Shown here: piece by piece, positions 19,221-41,280 of the stretch | How the letters are laid out: each line of letters opens with the position of its first letter | Position numbering within the stretch: the first letter of the stretch is position 1 | Translations under genes and position numbers: made by a program | Origin: the human T2T-CHM13v2.0 reference genome, Homo sapiens | Length of the DNA: 64,000 nucleotides | Strand: one strand, 5' to 3' | Assembly: GCF_009914755.1 (NCBI RefSeq) | Contig: NC_060948.1 | The notes under the pieces: generated by a model | The model's database searches: none | Seen by the model: the letters and a program-made list of their open reading frames with translations, nothing else | Told to the model about the DNA's origin: nothing

Positions 19221-19379
19221 AGAACAGCCTCACAAGACAGTGATTTGAACTGGGGTCTTGTGCCTTCTTTGGCCATGACTGGAGGTGGGATTGGTGGAAG
19301 TGGGTGATGGGTGAGGCTTTACTGACCAATTTGAAATTTTGCATGTGTGTACGGAAAGGAGTTGACTCAACAGGCCTGG

Positions 19380-19942
<563 letters not shown>

Positions 19943-19944
19943 TC

Positions 19945-20685
<741 letters not shown>

Positions 20686-20688
20686 TTT

Positions 20689-21535
<847 letters not shown>

Positions 21536-21855
21536 ATTTACAATATCCCTTTTTCTGGGGTCAGACGTTGAATGCATACCTAGCTTAGCTCCGTACCTGG
21601 TGCTATGCCCCGAATGCTTATTGATCTTGTTTTCTGGGTATTGTGGATGAGTGAAGATCCATGCACTGATGTTGGGTTGTTTCATTGTGGTCACTTCTCA
21701 TAGCCCCCATCACACTGCAGCCTTCTCTGTGTCTCTGCATCCACATAGTTGGAGCTAGCCATCTCACTCAGGGCTTTCTTGGAAGCATAGGGAGTTGCTC
21801 CATGCTGCAGAACGGATTCCATCTGTGCAGTGAGAGAACAGGAATTGATAGATAA

Positions 21856-23045
<1,190 letters not shown>

Positions 23046-23159
23046 GATGTTGGTTTTCATCTCTACTTTTGAGGAATGCTGATCTAGTACATGTAGGGAA
23101 GACTCATGTATTGTCACAACAACCATGAAAGCAAAGGACAGAATCTGGGTGTCAGGGAG

Positions 23160-23975
23160 TGACATGGGTAGAATTGTGTGCCCTACAACATTAGGTTCAA
23201 GTTCTGACGCCAGGTACCTGTTAACGTGACCTTCTTTGGAAATCAGGTCTCTGCAAATGTAATGAGTCCAGACACCAAGGGAAACGGAGAAGATAAGAAG
23301 CAGAGATTGAGGTAATGCGTCCACCAGCCAAGGAGCACCAAGACGTGCTGGCGACCACCAGATGCTAGCGGGGAGACCTGGAACAGATTCTCCCTCAAAG
23401 CCTCCAGAAGTAAACCAACTCTGTAGACACCTTCATTTCAGACTTCTGGTCTCCAGAGCTGTGAGAGAATCCATTTCTGTTCATTGCAGCCACTTTTTTC
23501 TTTTCTTCCTTCTTTCTTTTCTTTTTTCTTTCTTTCTTTCTTCCTTCCTTCCTTCCTTTCTCTCTCTTTCTCTCTTTCTTCTTTTCCTTCCTTTGCTTCC
23601 TTTCCTTCCTTTCCTTGTTTCTTCTCTCTTTCTGAGATGGAGTTTTGCTCTGTCACCCAGGCTGGAGTGCAGTGGCGCAATCTCGGTTCACTGTGACCTC
23701 TGCCTCCTGGGTTCAAGTGATTCTCCTGCCTCAGCTTCCTGAGTAGCTGGGATTACAGGCACAAGCCACCATGCCCGGATAATTTTTTATATTTTTGGTA
23801 TAGACGAGGTTTCACCATGTTGGCCAATCTTGTTTCAAACTCTTGACCTCAAGTCATCCAGCCACCTTGGCCTCCCAAATTCTGAGATAACAGGTGTGAG
23901 CCACTGTGTCTTGCCTGAGCCATTTCTTCAGCAGTGATTTTTTTTTTTCATGGCTGCCCTAGCTAAGGAATACCA
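23160..23975 (+). mobile_element. MLT1 LTR interrupted by an antisense Alu (about 23495-23915) with a (TTTC/TTCC)n tail
   Basis: ggaaatcaggtctctgcaaatgtaat...gaacagattctccctcaaagcctccagaag...ggctgccctagc. Confidence 0.82.
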
Positions 23976-24009
23976 TTACAATGAAAGCTGAGCTGCTTAA
24001 GCTACAATT

Positions 24010-25495
24010 TTTTTTATTACTTATTTATTTACTTTTGTTTCAGTCATTTTTGGAGAACAGGTGGTTTTAGGTTACATGGATAATTTCTTTAGCAGTGATT
24101 TTTGAGATTTTCATGCACCCATCACTCAAGGAATGTACACTGTACTCAATGTGTAGTCTTTTATCCCTCACTCCCCTCCTACCCTTTCCCCCGAGTCCCC
24201 AAAGTCCGTTGTATAATTCTTATGCCTTTGCATCCTCGTAGCTTAGCTCGCACTTATGACTGAGAACGTTTGATATTTAGTTTTCTTATACCCAAGTTAC
24301 TTCACTTGGAATAATGGCCTCCACTTCCATCCATGTTACTGCAAAATACATTATTTTACTCCATTTTATGGGTGAGTAGTATTCCGTGGTGTATATACAC
24401 CACACTTTCTTTATCCACTCCTTGGTTGATGGGGATTTAGGCTGGTGTCATATTTTTGCAATCGCAAATTGTGCTGCTATCAGTTACCACTAAAGAACTC
24501 ATCCATGTAACCTAAAACCACCTGTCCTCCAAAAACTACTGAAACAAAAGTCAATCAATAAATAATAATAAAAGGCAAGTGCCTTTTTTCATATAATGAC
24601 TTCTTTTCCACTGTGTAGATACTCAGTTCTGAGATTGCTGGATCAAATTGTTGATCTACTTTTAGTTCTTCAAGGAACCTCCATACCTGGATCAAATGGT
24701 AGTTCTATTATTAGTTCTTCAAGGAGTCTCCATACCTGGATCAAATGGTAGTTCTAGTATTAGTTCTTTAAGGAGTCTCCATACCTGAATCCAATGGTAG
24801 TTCTACTATTAGTTCTTTAAGGAGTCTCCATACCTGGATCAAATGGTAGTTCTATTATTAGTTCTTTCAGGAATCTCCATACCTGGATCAAATGGTAGTT
24901 CTAGTTTTAGTTCTTCAAGGAGTCTCCATACCTGGATCAAATGGTGGTTCTATTATTAATTCTTCAAGGAATCTCCATACCTGGATCAAATGGTGGTTCT
25001 ATTATTAGTTCTTTAAGGAGTCTCCATACCGGGAACAAATGGTAGTTCTAGTATTAGTTCTTTAAGGAATCTCCGCAGTGGTTTCCATAGTGGTTAAACT
25101 AGTTTACATTCCCACCAGCAGTGTAAAAGTGTTCCCTTTTCACCACATCCACACCAACATCTGTTATTCTTTGATTTTTGAATTATGGCCATTCTTGCAG
25201 GAGTAAGATGGTATCTCACTGTGGTTTTAATTTTCATTTCCCTGATCATTAGTGATGTTGAGCATTTTTTCATATGCTCATTGGACATTCATATATCTAC
25301 TTTTGAGAATTGTCTATTCATGCCCTTTGCCTATGTTTTGATGGGATTGTTTGTTTTTTTTTCCTGCTGATTTGTTTGAGTTCCTTGTAGATTCTGGATG
25401 TTAGTCCTTCGTCGGATTCATAGTTGGGCAAATTTTTCTCCCATTCTGTGAGTTGTGTGTTTACTCTGCTGATTCTTTGTTTTGCTGTACAGAAT
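24010..25495 (-). mobile_element. 5'-truncated L1 (L1PB/L1MA), about 1.5 kb
   Basis: 3' UTR and ORF2-end motifs; TSD taagctacaatttt at 23998-24011 and 25495-25508. Confidence 0.92.
24638..25078. repeat. L1-internal minisatellite, 49-bp unit x9
   Basis: ctggatcaaatggtagttctattattagttcttcaaggagtctccatac at 24638+49n. Confidence 0.97.
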
Positions 25496-26161
25496 AAGCT
25501 ACAATTTTAAGGAAGAGGATTTGTGGCAACTTACGTAGCTCAGTAAAGAGAGTGAGTAGGACCTCAAAGCATTCTTTAAAGGAGAGAGAGGACATGATCC
25601 AACTTAGACAAAGAGAATGTTCTGGCCACAGAGGCAATTTGGCCAGAAACTAGATAACAGGATGTCAAACTAGATAACAAGGAAGTCTACCTTAATTCAA
25701 TGGCACAAGAGCTTGAAATCATCAAAGAGTCTTTCTGAATACTACGCTAAAGCAATTGCTTTTAATGAATATATTCAGACTTGCCAAGGCTGAGACCTCA
25801 AATACTATCTTGAGGTCTTTAACAGCTATCTGATGCTGTCAATGATTTTGTATATAAAAAGACCTTGGAACAGGAGGTTGCCATTTAGTGAACAGGGTTG
25901 GCAGTATACCTTCCCGCCTGCTTTGCATAGTGACTCATTGTCTACTCAACGAGGATTCTTAATAATCATGTCATTGGTGACACATAGGCAGTCAGTGGAT
26001 TTTTTTTTTTAATGACAAGTGGAAAAATGTTAAAAGCCAGCTTTGATTAAAATGTGAGTTAAGCTGGAAAGCTCAGTGAAATCCATCCATGGCTGTATAT
26101 TAAGAACTGTAACCTGCCACTGTGTGTAACACCCGTTATATAAACTCATGTAAAGATTTCA

Positions 26162-26495
<334 letters not shown>

Positions 26496-27137
26496 CTACC
26501 AAGTATGTCTCCGCTGGCAATCCTTGAGAATCAATAGAAGTTATTCCAAAATATAAGCTGGTATAGTGATAAACCTGGTGAAAAGCACCGTGTTTTATAA
26601 TGCAATGTCTAAGCCCACAGTGGCGCCTGTGTCATGGATGGAAACAATTTCCAAGTATGGCAGTGTGGGCTGCAGCTGTTCCACAGAAGATCGTAAAGTA
26701 TATGGAATGGTAAATGCATGGCACGTTTTGTAAAATAATTAAATGAAGCCCAATGCTGCCATCCCTCAGGTCATATTTACATAGATGATTGAGCTGTCTG
26801 ATTCACTGAGGGTTCTCTCTGTGTGTCTCTTTGGTGAAGCAATTTATTCTGCTTTTACAGATTAGATATTTTCTAAGTGACGAAATACAAGTCTTCCAGT
26901 GGCACAATATAAAATCGTATTAAAGAGCATTAAAGCATATAAGCTAACAGCATGCATACTTATCTACAAACTGGTTTCTAAAAATGGAGAAGCATTTTTT
27001 GCTTTCAGATGGAGATTGTGTACTCAGATCTCGAATTCTGTTTCCTTAAAAAATGGTTTAATGAACCCTAATGCATCTACCACTCAGGTTTTAACGATTA
27101 CAAACAGTTATCAATGTGTTTTATTTTTCCATTTTAA

Positions 27138-27527
<390 letters not shown>

Positions 27528-27880
27528 AACAATACTTTTATCTACTCATCAGTATGTGTTCAAATTTCCCTCAGTCTTAGAAATGACTTTCTGTGGTTGG
27601 TTTCTTTAAATAAAAATGGAAAGAAACTCCACACACTTTAGATGGCTGATTTGTCTCATAAAAGTTTTTTGATTTGTAATAATTCACCATCTTCCCTTTA
27701 TTTTGTCCTGATTATATAGTCCATATCCCTTGTGACTTTCACCATAGAAGGACTTTATCCCTGTCTTCAAAAGCCATAAAAATAGTCCCCGTTGCTAACT
27801 AACAACATTGATGCTTTTGTGACCTAGGAAAGCTTCTAAGTGTAGCTTTGATCTCCTTTGTTGAGACAGAAATGGGCTGA

Positions 27881-28339
<459 letters not shown>

Positions 28340-29065
28340 TGACTACAGTTTCTGTACATTGGACCAATTTGGCACATTTCTTTATATAGGACAATCCATG
28401 TCCATTTACCTGTGTTCTGTGAGACAGAGGAAGCCTGGACTTCTGCTATCCTGCCCTTGCTGGGAATGAGCAGGGTTGTACCTGCACTCATCATGGAATA
28501 AGCACTAAAGAAACAAAGCTACAACAGAAGATGTCCTCTACTGCAGGGCACCTTACATTCCAATCCTCCAATATGGCAGCGAGTCAAAATCTCAAAAGAC
28601 CTGAGTGCCTTCTGCGTAAGTCCCCGTAGGCTTCTAGTATTCATTTTACAAGTATACTGATGCTCTCAGTTGATGCTGAGGGGGTGGCTGTTCATGAAGA
28701 TGATGGAATTGGCTTTGGCAGAGGTCTCTCTTTGACCATCTAGAGGCACTGTTGCTTATCTATCAGGAAACGGAGGGAGGCACTGGGAATTTGAACTCGA
28801 GCTCTGGAGTTCTTCCATGCAGCTGTGTTTACGTATCATCAAGCACCGATTCATTGCCCGTTGGGACAGAGGAGAATCAGGCCTGGTCTGGCATCATTGC
28901 CGGGTGGGTGTGAAATGCCACTTCTACCGAGACCAACTGGAAATGAAAGATCGTCAACAGTCAAAAAGGTCACTGCATAAATGCCTGTGAAGTCCAAGTA
29001 ACTGTCAGAGACAGAATACGCTTTGCAGCGGAGAGTTTTCCAGGAAAGAAAAATGGTCTCTGTGA

Positions 29066-29782
<717 letters not shown>

Positions 29783-29929
29783 GGTGGAGTCAAGACGGCT
29801 TGTTTAATTCCGCCAACTTGAGCAAAGAGGCATAATGGTTATTGCCTCTCTGGGTTCACTAAACACATAAACATGCCCACACTAATAATTCACGTCGACC
29901 GCAGTACTCTCTGCTTTTCCTGAATAGCA

Positions 29930-30110
29930 TATTGTGTTGAACAGGTTATACGACCTTGGGTAGAGACTTAGCTCTCTTTAAGCCTCCATTTCTCATCTGT
30001 AAAATGAGAATGAAAGATGGTTTCTCCGTATTTATGGAAGGGTTCCAACAAGGTAAAGTGTGTAGCGTACTTTGTCAATTCTAAAGCACTCTTCTGATAT
30101 AAATTATAGC
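29930..30110 (+). mobile_element. MIR
   Basis: gaccttgggt...gcctccatttctcatctgtaaaatgagaat. Confidence 0.75.
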
Positions 30111-30139
30111 ATCCCCGGATTCATTGTTTGAGTTGGTTT

Positions 30140-30710
<571 letters not shown>

Positions 30711-31474
30711 TTTTAACTGAATGTGAACATTTCTTTTACAAAATAAAATGTATGTTCAGGCTTTTACTTAATCCATGCTAGTAAGAGCCTGGTTCAAAAA
30801 TGAGCTGCAGGTTTTTTCAAAGAGAATCACAATCATTTCTGTGGAATAGGTGAAGTGAAAGACATTTTTAGAAAGTTTGCATCTTTTTGCAGAGACTTTT
30901 AATGAAGGGGTTTATGTTTTCCGCTCTGTTCGTTTACTGAAAGCAAAAGAAGAAAAGTGAGGAAGGGATTATACAAAGAAAGTGACTGAAAAATTCTGAA
31001 AATATCTGTTTTCATAAGATAAGAGCTTTATTCTAGTTCTGAACATATAATCATAGTCATCATTGTCCTTATTTAAATAAAAACAGCTAGCTGGGCAACT
31101 TAGTCTCATTGAAATTCCTGAGATCTTCATTCTTTCTTGGTATTTGGCTGAAAAAAGAATAAGTTTATCTCATTCTTTTCCCAAAGTATAGCACAAGGTT
31201 GAGAGCCTGGACTCGTGGCATGCATACCTAATGAGACCGTTGTATTACTTGGGGTGAAACTCCTTCCATTTGACTTGATGTAGTTATTTTCTTTTTCTTG
31301 CAAGGGAAGCAAACTTTGGGTTCTACCTGGGTCTTCCTTAAGCATCAGGTGTGTTTCAAATGGATAGATTTAATAATAATTGATCCACTAATAATTGATC
31401 CACTGGGCAATGATTTTTTAAATGTTTGTTTTCAAATTTAAAACAATGCCTCAAGTTTAGAAATGCCTCTCCTC

Positions 31475-31831
<357 letters not shown>

Positions 31832-32202
31832 TCAAGGCTGAGTTCTGGGTTGGCAGGACAGTCTTGAATGAGGATCTGAATGTAGGAGTATTCCTGCAAT
31901 TAGTCTTCGTTGCCACTAGGAGGTGGTGTGTAGCGGGGTGTCCTTTTGAGTTGACTTGCCAAGAAGACCAGGTGTAGGGTTAAGCATGATTTTCCAAATG
32001 GAAGCTTCAGGAAAGCTTCAAAAGATACCTTATGCACTGTAATGCACAGCATTTGATATTAAAACAATACATAGCATCTTAAACAATACATAGCAAGTGA
32101 AGTTTCTCTCAGGCTTCCCTCACAAAGAGCAAGCCTTGCTTATGGTGTCCTTGTTCTGTCCTATACCTTATCTCAGGCACTGTGAGCTGGGAATTAAAAT
32201 TT

Positions 32203-32500
32203 TCTTTCCTTTTTTTTTTTGAGACAGAGTCTCGCTCTGCTGCCCAGGGTGGAGTGCAATGATGCAAACTTGGCTCACTGCAACCTTTGCCTCCTGGGTT
32301 CAAGCAATCATCCTGCCTCAGCCTCCTAAGTAGCTGGGATTACAGGCGCCCGTCACCACACCATGCTCATTTTGTATTTTAGTAGAGATGTTGGTTTCAC
32401 CATGTTGGTCTGGCTGGTCTCAAACTCCTGATCTCAGGTGATCCACCTACCTCCACCTCCCAAAGTGCTGGGATTACAGGTGTGAGCCACCACACCCAGC
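32203..32500 (-). mobile_element. AluS
   Basis: Antisense dimer. Confidence 0.93.
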
Positions 32501-32504
32501 TATC

Positions 32505-33043
32505 TTTACATTTTAATTATGGCAAAATACATATAACATAACATTTACTACTAGTGACATTCAGAACATTCCCCATGCTGTATAGCCATTACCTCCATCT
32601 CCTTCCAGAACATTCAACATTCCCCATGCTGTATAGCCATTACCTCCATCTCCTTCCAGAACATTCTAATCACCCTAAATGGAGACCTTGTACCTATTAA
32701 GCCCTCACTCCTCCTTTTCCCAACCCATGCAAACCCCTAATCTACTTTCTATCTCTAGGGATTCATTCCTTCTAGACATTTCACATAAATGGAATAACCC
32801 AAGGTGTGGCTTATTTATATCTGGCTTCATTTACTGAACATAATGTTCTCAAAGTACACTCACATAGCAGCGTGTGTCAGGATTTCATTGTGTTTGATGG
32901 CTGTTTCATATTCCACCATATGGATAGACGCCATTTTGTTTCTCCATTCACCTATGGGTGAACATTTGGGTTGTATTTACCCGTTGGTGATTGGGAAGAA
33001 TGCTGCTATGAATAATTGGATACGTATTTTTGTTTGAACATTT
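32505..33043 (-). mobile_element. L1MB 3' fragment, with a 51-bp tandem duplication (32565-32666)
   Basis: taatctactttctatctct...gacatttcacataaatggaat...ctggcttcatttactgaacataatgtt. Confidence 0.82.
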
Positions 33044-33044
33044 G

Positions 33045-33405
33045 TGCTATGCTCTGAAGGTTTCTGTGTCCCCAAAGTTCATATGAGGAAAGCTAATACT
33101 CAAGGTGATAGTATTAAGAGGTGGAACCCTTGGAAAGTGATGAGGTCAAGAGAATGGAAGCTCCATGGATGGGATGAGTGCTCTTATCAAAAGAACCCCA
33201 GAGAGCTCCTTTTTTTCCTTCTACCATGCAAGGACACAGAAAGAAGGTGCCATCTACGAACCAGGAACTGGGTTCTTACCAGACACTGAATCTTCTATGT
33301 CTTGATTTTGGACATCCAACTTCCAGAACTGTGAGCAATAAACATCTGGTGTTCAAAAGCCACCCAGTCTAAAGTATTTTGTTACAGCAACATACAAAAA
33401 GACAG
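33045..33405 (+). mobile_element. MLT1A/A0 LTR
   Basis: tgctatg...gtgtccccaaagttcatat...ttccagaactgtgagcaataaa. Confidence 0.85.
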
Positions 33406-34289
33406 TGGCCCCCAAAATCTCCTCTCATCACAAGGAGCCCCCTTCACTTCACCCACAAAGGAGGCAAGATTTGAGGTCATCAGGCTCCCAACCAAGGGAC
33501 TGGGTGTTCTGATCTATGTTTTAACTTTTCAATCAAGTACATCACTTCCAGCTGGGACTCTGGGTCTAGCACAGGGAGAAATAAAGTGTGAACCATCATT
33601 ACAAGCTCAGGGAGGGAGGGAGAAAGTGCAAATCGAAGAGCTGGAAAATCATCGAGCCAGCCCAACTGTTGGGAGATTGGGGATTCTTTGTGCACGGAGC
33701 AGAAACAATCTCCTGCACGGGGTGGCGGCTTGGGCCAGGACTTCTCGGCATTGAGGAGTTACAGAGCTGTTTTGTAGCTAAACCGACTTTCATTCCAAGC
33801 ACTTCTACAGAGAACGAAATCAAACAGCGGTGATGATGGGATCCCCAGGCCCGGCCAGTGATCTGCTTAATTACTGACCAGGGAAGCTTCAGTAGCTTAA
33901 TTGGATTGATGGGCACAGTGCCTAGTCCTCCACCCACTGGTCCCAGAGATTTTTATGGATAGCATGCTGATCTTCCATGCCCTGAGGCTTGGGGTCCTGT
34001 GTCCAGCATTCCCCACCAACTGGGCAGATGCTGCTGGATTTATGTCAACAGCGAGTTCTGCAGGCACACCTCTAAAACACAGTCTCATAGTGTCTTCTGT
34101 TTTCAGGAACAAATACAAATTTTCTTCTCACATAAGTTATATCATGAACATGAGCATTTAACAAGGGACGGTGTGTGTGTGCGAGCACGTACATGTTGTA
34201 TGTTGTGTGTTTTGTGTGTGTATGAGAGAGACACCACAGACACACTAGCCCCATGAAAGGCCAGGGCAGTGAGGCCTGGACCATGGTCT

Positions 34290-35080
34290 GCTAAGGACCT
34301 GGTGTGGCACACTGATGGTTATCACAAGTGGCCTGGGAGGTGTTCTGTTGGCCCCAGGGGTTCACTGACCATCATCACAGGTGGCCTGTGATGTGTTGAC
34401 TTGGTGGGGCCCACTGACCACCATTGCTGGTGGCCTTAGAGGTGATCTGTTGACCCCAGGGGCTCACTGGTGACCACTGCCGGTAGCCTGGGAGGTGGTC
34501 TGTTGACCTTGGGGACTCATTGATGACCATTACAGGTGGCCTGGGAGATGGTCTGTTGACCCTGGGGAGTCACTGATGACCATTTCAAGTGGTCTGTTGA
34601 CCTTGGGGGCTCACTGACGGCCATTGCAGGTTGTCTGGGAGGTGGTGTGTTGACCTTGTGGGCTCACTGATGGCCATTGCTGGTGGCCTTGGCGATGATG
34701 GTCTGTTGACCCCAGGGGCTCACTGGTGACCACTGCAGGTGGGCTGGGAAGTGGTCTGTTGACCTGGGGACTCACTGACCACCATTGCTGGTGGCCTTGG
34801 AGATGGTTTGTTGACCTTGGGGACTCACCACCATTGCAGGTGACTTGGAGATGGTTTGTTGACCTTGGGGACTCACTGACCACCACTGCAGGTGACTTGG
34901 GAGATGGTTTGTTGACCCTGGGGACTCACTGGTGACCATTACAGGTGGGCTGGGAAGTGGTCTCTTGACCTGGGGACTCACTGACCACCACTGTTGGTGG
35001 CCTTGGAGATGGTTTGTTGACCCCAGGGGCTCACTGATGACCATTGCAGGTGGCCTGGGGGATGGCCTATTGACTGGGCA
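34290..35080. repeat. Degenerate GC-rich minisatellite, about 53-bp unit, about 15 copies
   Basis: gttgacc anchors at 34395, 34449, 34502, 34555, 34596, 34649, 34705, 34758, 34810, 34858, 34911, 35016. Confidence 0.92.
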
Positions 35081-35912
35081 CATCCTACTGATTCACTGCA
35101 GAAGGCGGGCAATTTGCTGAGCACCTAGAAGGGCCTGACTATCAGTGCCAGGGTTAGTGGGTCCAACCTCAAGGTCCTGCACCTAGAGGACCTAACACAG
35201 ACAATGTTCTGCTGGCTGCTGAACACTTGGACCTAACCCTGACCATCTTCTGCACATTGCCCAGGACTAGTTGGCCCCACTTCTTCTCTTCTCAGAGCCC
35301 ACGATAGGCCCTGTGGTCACTCCCTCTGCAGAGGTGGAACTGAAATTCCCTCAGGTCACATTCCTGGTTATGCAGGAAGCTGAGAATGAGACAGGAATTC
35401 CAAACCCAGGTCAGTGGCCTAAATATGGTCCTGTGGGTCTGACCACAGGCAGTTACAAGGCTGGAACCCAGGGGAAAGCTGCCTTCCCACATCGCGCTGG
35501 GTGCACACCTGGAGCATTACACAGCTTGGGGGGATGAAGGGTAAGACCTCAGGCCCCTGGGCAGCCATGCTCTTATGAGTATGTATATCCTGGAGCAGGT
35601 CCTGCCACTTCAGGCCTCCTTACTAGTGGTGGAAGAGGCAGGTGCCTGAGCCCCTCTTCCCCATTCTGACTTGTACCTTTTGACTCCTAGCCCTTTCCAC
35701 TCTCCCTCCCCAGACCTCCTAGTTCAGGACATGCCTGAACACCTCCGGTAACCTTCCCATGTGTAGTTTCCAGTATACCAAGAGGAGCTTGTGCGGTGGT
35801 TGAGCTTTAAGCAGCAGAAAGTTTCTCAGCAATTTGCCTCGTATATATTGGTATTGGTGTGCTCCAGGGAGACAGAACCAATTGTATCATTTCACGATAA
35901 GAAGAGGTTCTA

Positions 35913-36925
<1,013 letters not shown>

Positions 36926-37359
36926 ATACGTCCAAAGACAGCATCTGAAGGACTTCAGGCTAAACCTACCTGGTGGAAGAAACTATTCTCTTAACTCTCA
37001 TTTCCAAATGAGAAGTATATTTAAGATGGGTGTACTTCCCTCACGGTGAAATGGTTTTCAACTTCTCAGGGAGAGAAGTCTTATTTCCTCTTTGCCTTTC
37101 TCCCCCCATTTTCCCTTTCTTTCCTCTTCCACATAGAGCATTTTAGATGCGTCCAGGGGGCCATGGTCTGTCACTCACTCACTTCTCTTTAGCTTACAGA
37201 AAGACAACATGCTATGAAAAAGAAAGAAAAAATCTCTCTTCTCAGTTTCTGATGTTTGCTTATCTGTTATTCTTGTAGATGTATATTGCCAGATTAGTAT
37301 ATGTCAATGTGTTATGGAAATTTTAACAGATATAAAAAGTATAAACAATAGTGAATTTC

Positions 37360-37830
<471 letters not shown>

Positions 37831-38497
37831 TTTTTAAAACAAGAAGGGTGAGTTTAAAAGCTTGTGTACCTGCGCAGAACTTCAAGAAAATATTGCAATG
37901 TTATCTTCTTCACTTTCAGCCAGAAACTTAGCCAGGTGTGGTGGCAGGTGCCACCTGGAGATCTGGATGGGGGTCGTATGAGAACATCACGTTCTTTTTC
38001 TGAGCCTCTGGTATCCAGCCTAGCCTGTAGGCATTGCTTCCTCCGATGGGCAGTTTGTGCCTTTGGAAATCACCCTTCTACCTCCCATACCCCCATCCCA
38101 ATATCTCTGTGTGCTTGGCACATAGGAGGTGGGACATTTGGTAGAGAAAATACGTGCTGAAGCAAATGGAGTGAAATTGGGGAATCTGATAGAAGCAAAT
38201 GGAGTCAAATCTGGGAATTTGATAAGCCTCCCATTCACACTGGGGATACTGGGACCAGATCCAAAGCCAGCAGCATTGAAACAGCGGTTGAAGCAGCGTT
38301 CAAACAGTATTGAAACAGATTTGTGGACACCGCAGTCGTGCATGCATTCCTCATGAGGAAAGGCTGTCACTCTTTAAATTTCTCCCTGACTTGGGTGTCT
38401 GCAAATATCCATGAGTCTTATTCTCTACGTGGACACACAGATGTCCACTCGGATACCTCAGCCGTAGAAGAATCACCAAGCATCTATGACCCACATT

Positions 38498-39752
<1,255 letters not shown>

Positions 39753-40291
39753 GGGCAGTGGGGACCCTCTGGGCAGAATCACCTCCATCCCACCTGGGTT
39801 TCCACTTTAAACCCCCCAGTGGGGATTTTCCCATTCTGGAGACCTGGATGGGGTCCTCTGAGAACATCAGGCTCTTTTTCTGAGCCTTTGATCTCCAGCC
39901 TAGCCTGAATCAGGCTGGATGTCAGAGGTGCATCCTCCTTAGAATGAAGGAAGAAGGGACTTGGTAGTGTTCTATGTACACACGGCAGGGTGATGCTTTG
40001 GGGTGTTTGTAAACGAGGTTTCTCCCTCTCATTCAGTTGCTCATCTTCCCTTTCACCCACTGCCCTGCCAACTAATTTGAGTAGCCTGATGGTGCTTGCT
40101 TCATCTCGCCAGGGGAGGGATGGGTTAGACCAGAGAGATGGAGAAAAACCAGCCTCTCCCTCGCTTGACTTCAAGGTCTGTTTTCAAGAGGGAGGCGCGC
40201 GTGGGTTTGGGTTAGACCTAAAGTGGTTGATGCTTAGAGGGAGGGATTTCTTTGCTCTCAGACTAGGGGGCAGAGATGAGGTAGCGAGGAT

Positions 40292-40442
40292 GGAATATAG
40301 AGGTGATTGAAGGTATCTGGAAAGATATGCGTGGGCAATATGCAAATATTACACCATTTTATATAAGGGACATCCATGAATTTTACTAGCATCTGCTGAG
40401 TGTCCTGACATCAATCCTCCACAGATAACAAGGGATGACTGT
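40292..40442 (-). mobile_element. MER2 (Tigger-derived) fragment
   Basis: atatgcaaatattacaccattttatataagggac...cacagataacaagggatgactgta. Confidence 0.82.
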
Positions 40443-41101
40443 ATATAGATGACTTAGAGATACAGAAAGATATATAGAGAGATAGGGCGATACAGAGATG
40501 AAAGATTGATTGATGATAGATACCTGGATGGATAGATAGGAGATAGATAAATACATAGATACATAGATAGACGACAGATAGATACATAGATAGATAGATA
40601 CATACATAGATAGATGATAGAAAGATAGATGATAGATGGTAGATAGATAGATAATAGATAGATAAGTAAATAGATAGTAGACAGAAGATAGACAGTAGAC
40701 AAGTAGCTGGTAGGTACATAGTAGAAAAGTGGTAGATAGATAGATAGAAGACAAGTCGCTGGTAGGTAAGTAGACAGACAGTAGACAGGTAGCTGTGTAG
40801 ACAGATGATAGATAGATAGATAAGATAGATAGAAACATAGATGATAGGAGACAGGTACATAGATATCTGGATGAATAGATAGGAGATAGATGACAGATAG
40901 ATAGATAGATGATAGATGGTAGATAGATAGATAATAGATAAGTAAATAGGTAGATAGTAAACAGAGATAGAAGATAGATAGTAGACAAGTAGCTGGTAGG
41001 TAGATAGGTAGATAGAAAAGTAACTGGTAGATAGATAGAAGACAAGTAGCTGGTAGGTAGGTAGATAGAAAGACAGTAGACAGGTAGCTGTGTAGACAGA
41101 T

Positions 41102-41147
<46 letters not shown>

Positions 41148-41280
41148 CAAAGATAGATAGTAGATAGATAGTAGATAGAAAGATAGATAGATGGATAGTA
41201 GATAGATAGATAGAGATAGATGATAGATAGGAGACAGGTACATAGATTGATGTCGTGTTGATTGACAGATGATAGAGCCA
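40443..41280. repeat. Complex (GATA)n tract with an internal block duplication
   Basis: Block gtagacaagtagctggtagg...gtagctgtgtagacagatg occurs at about 40695-40810 and 40980-41102; pure (AGAT)n at about 41104-41145. Confidence 0.93.
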
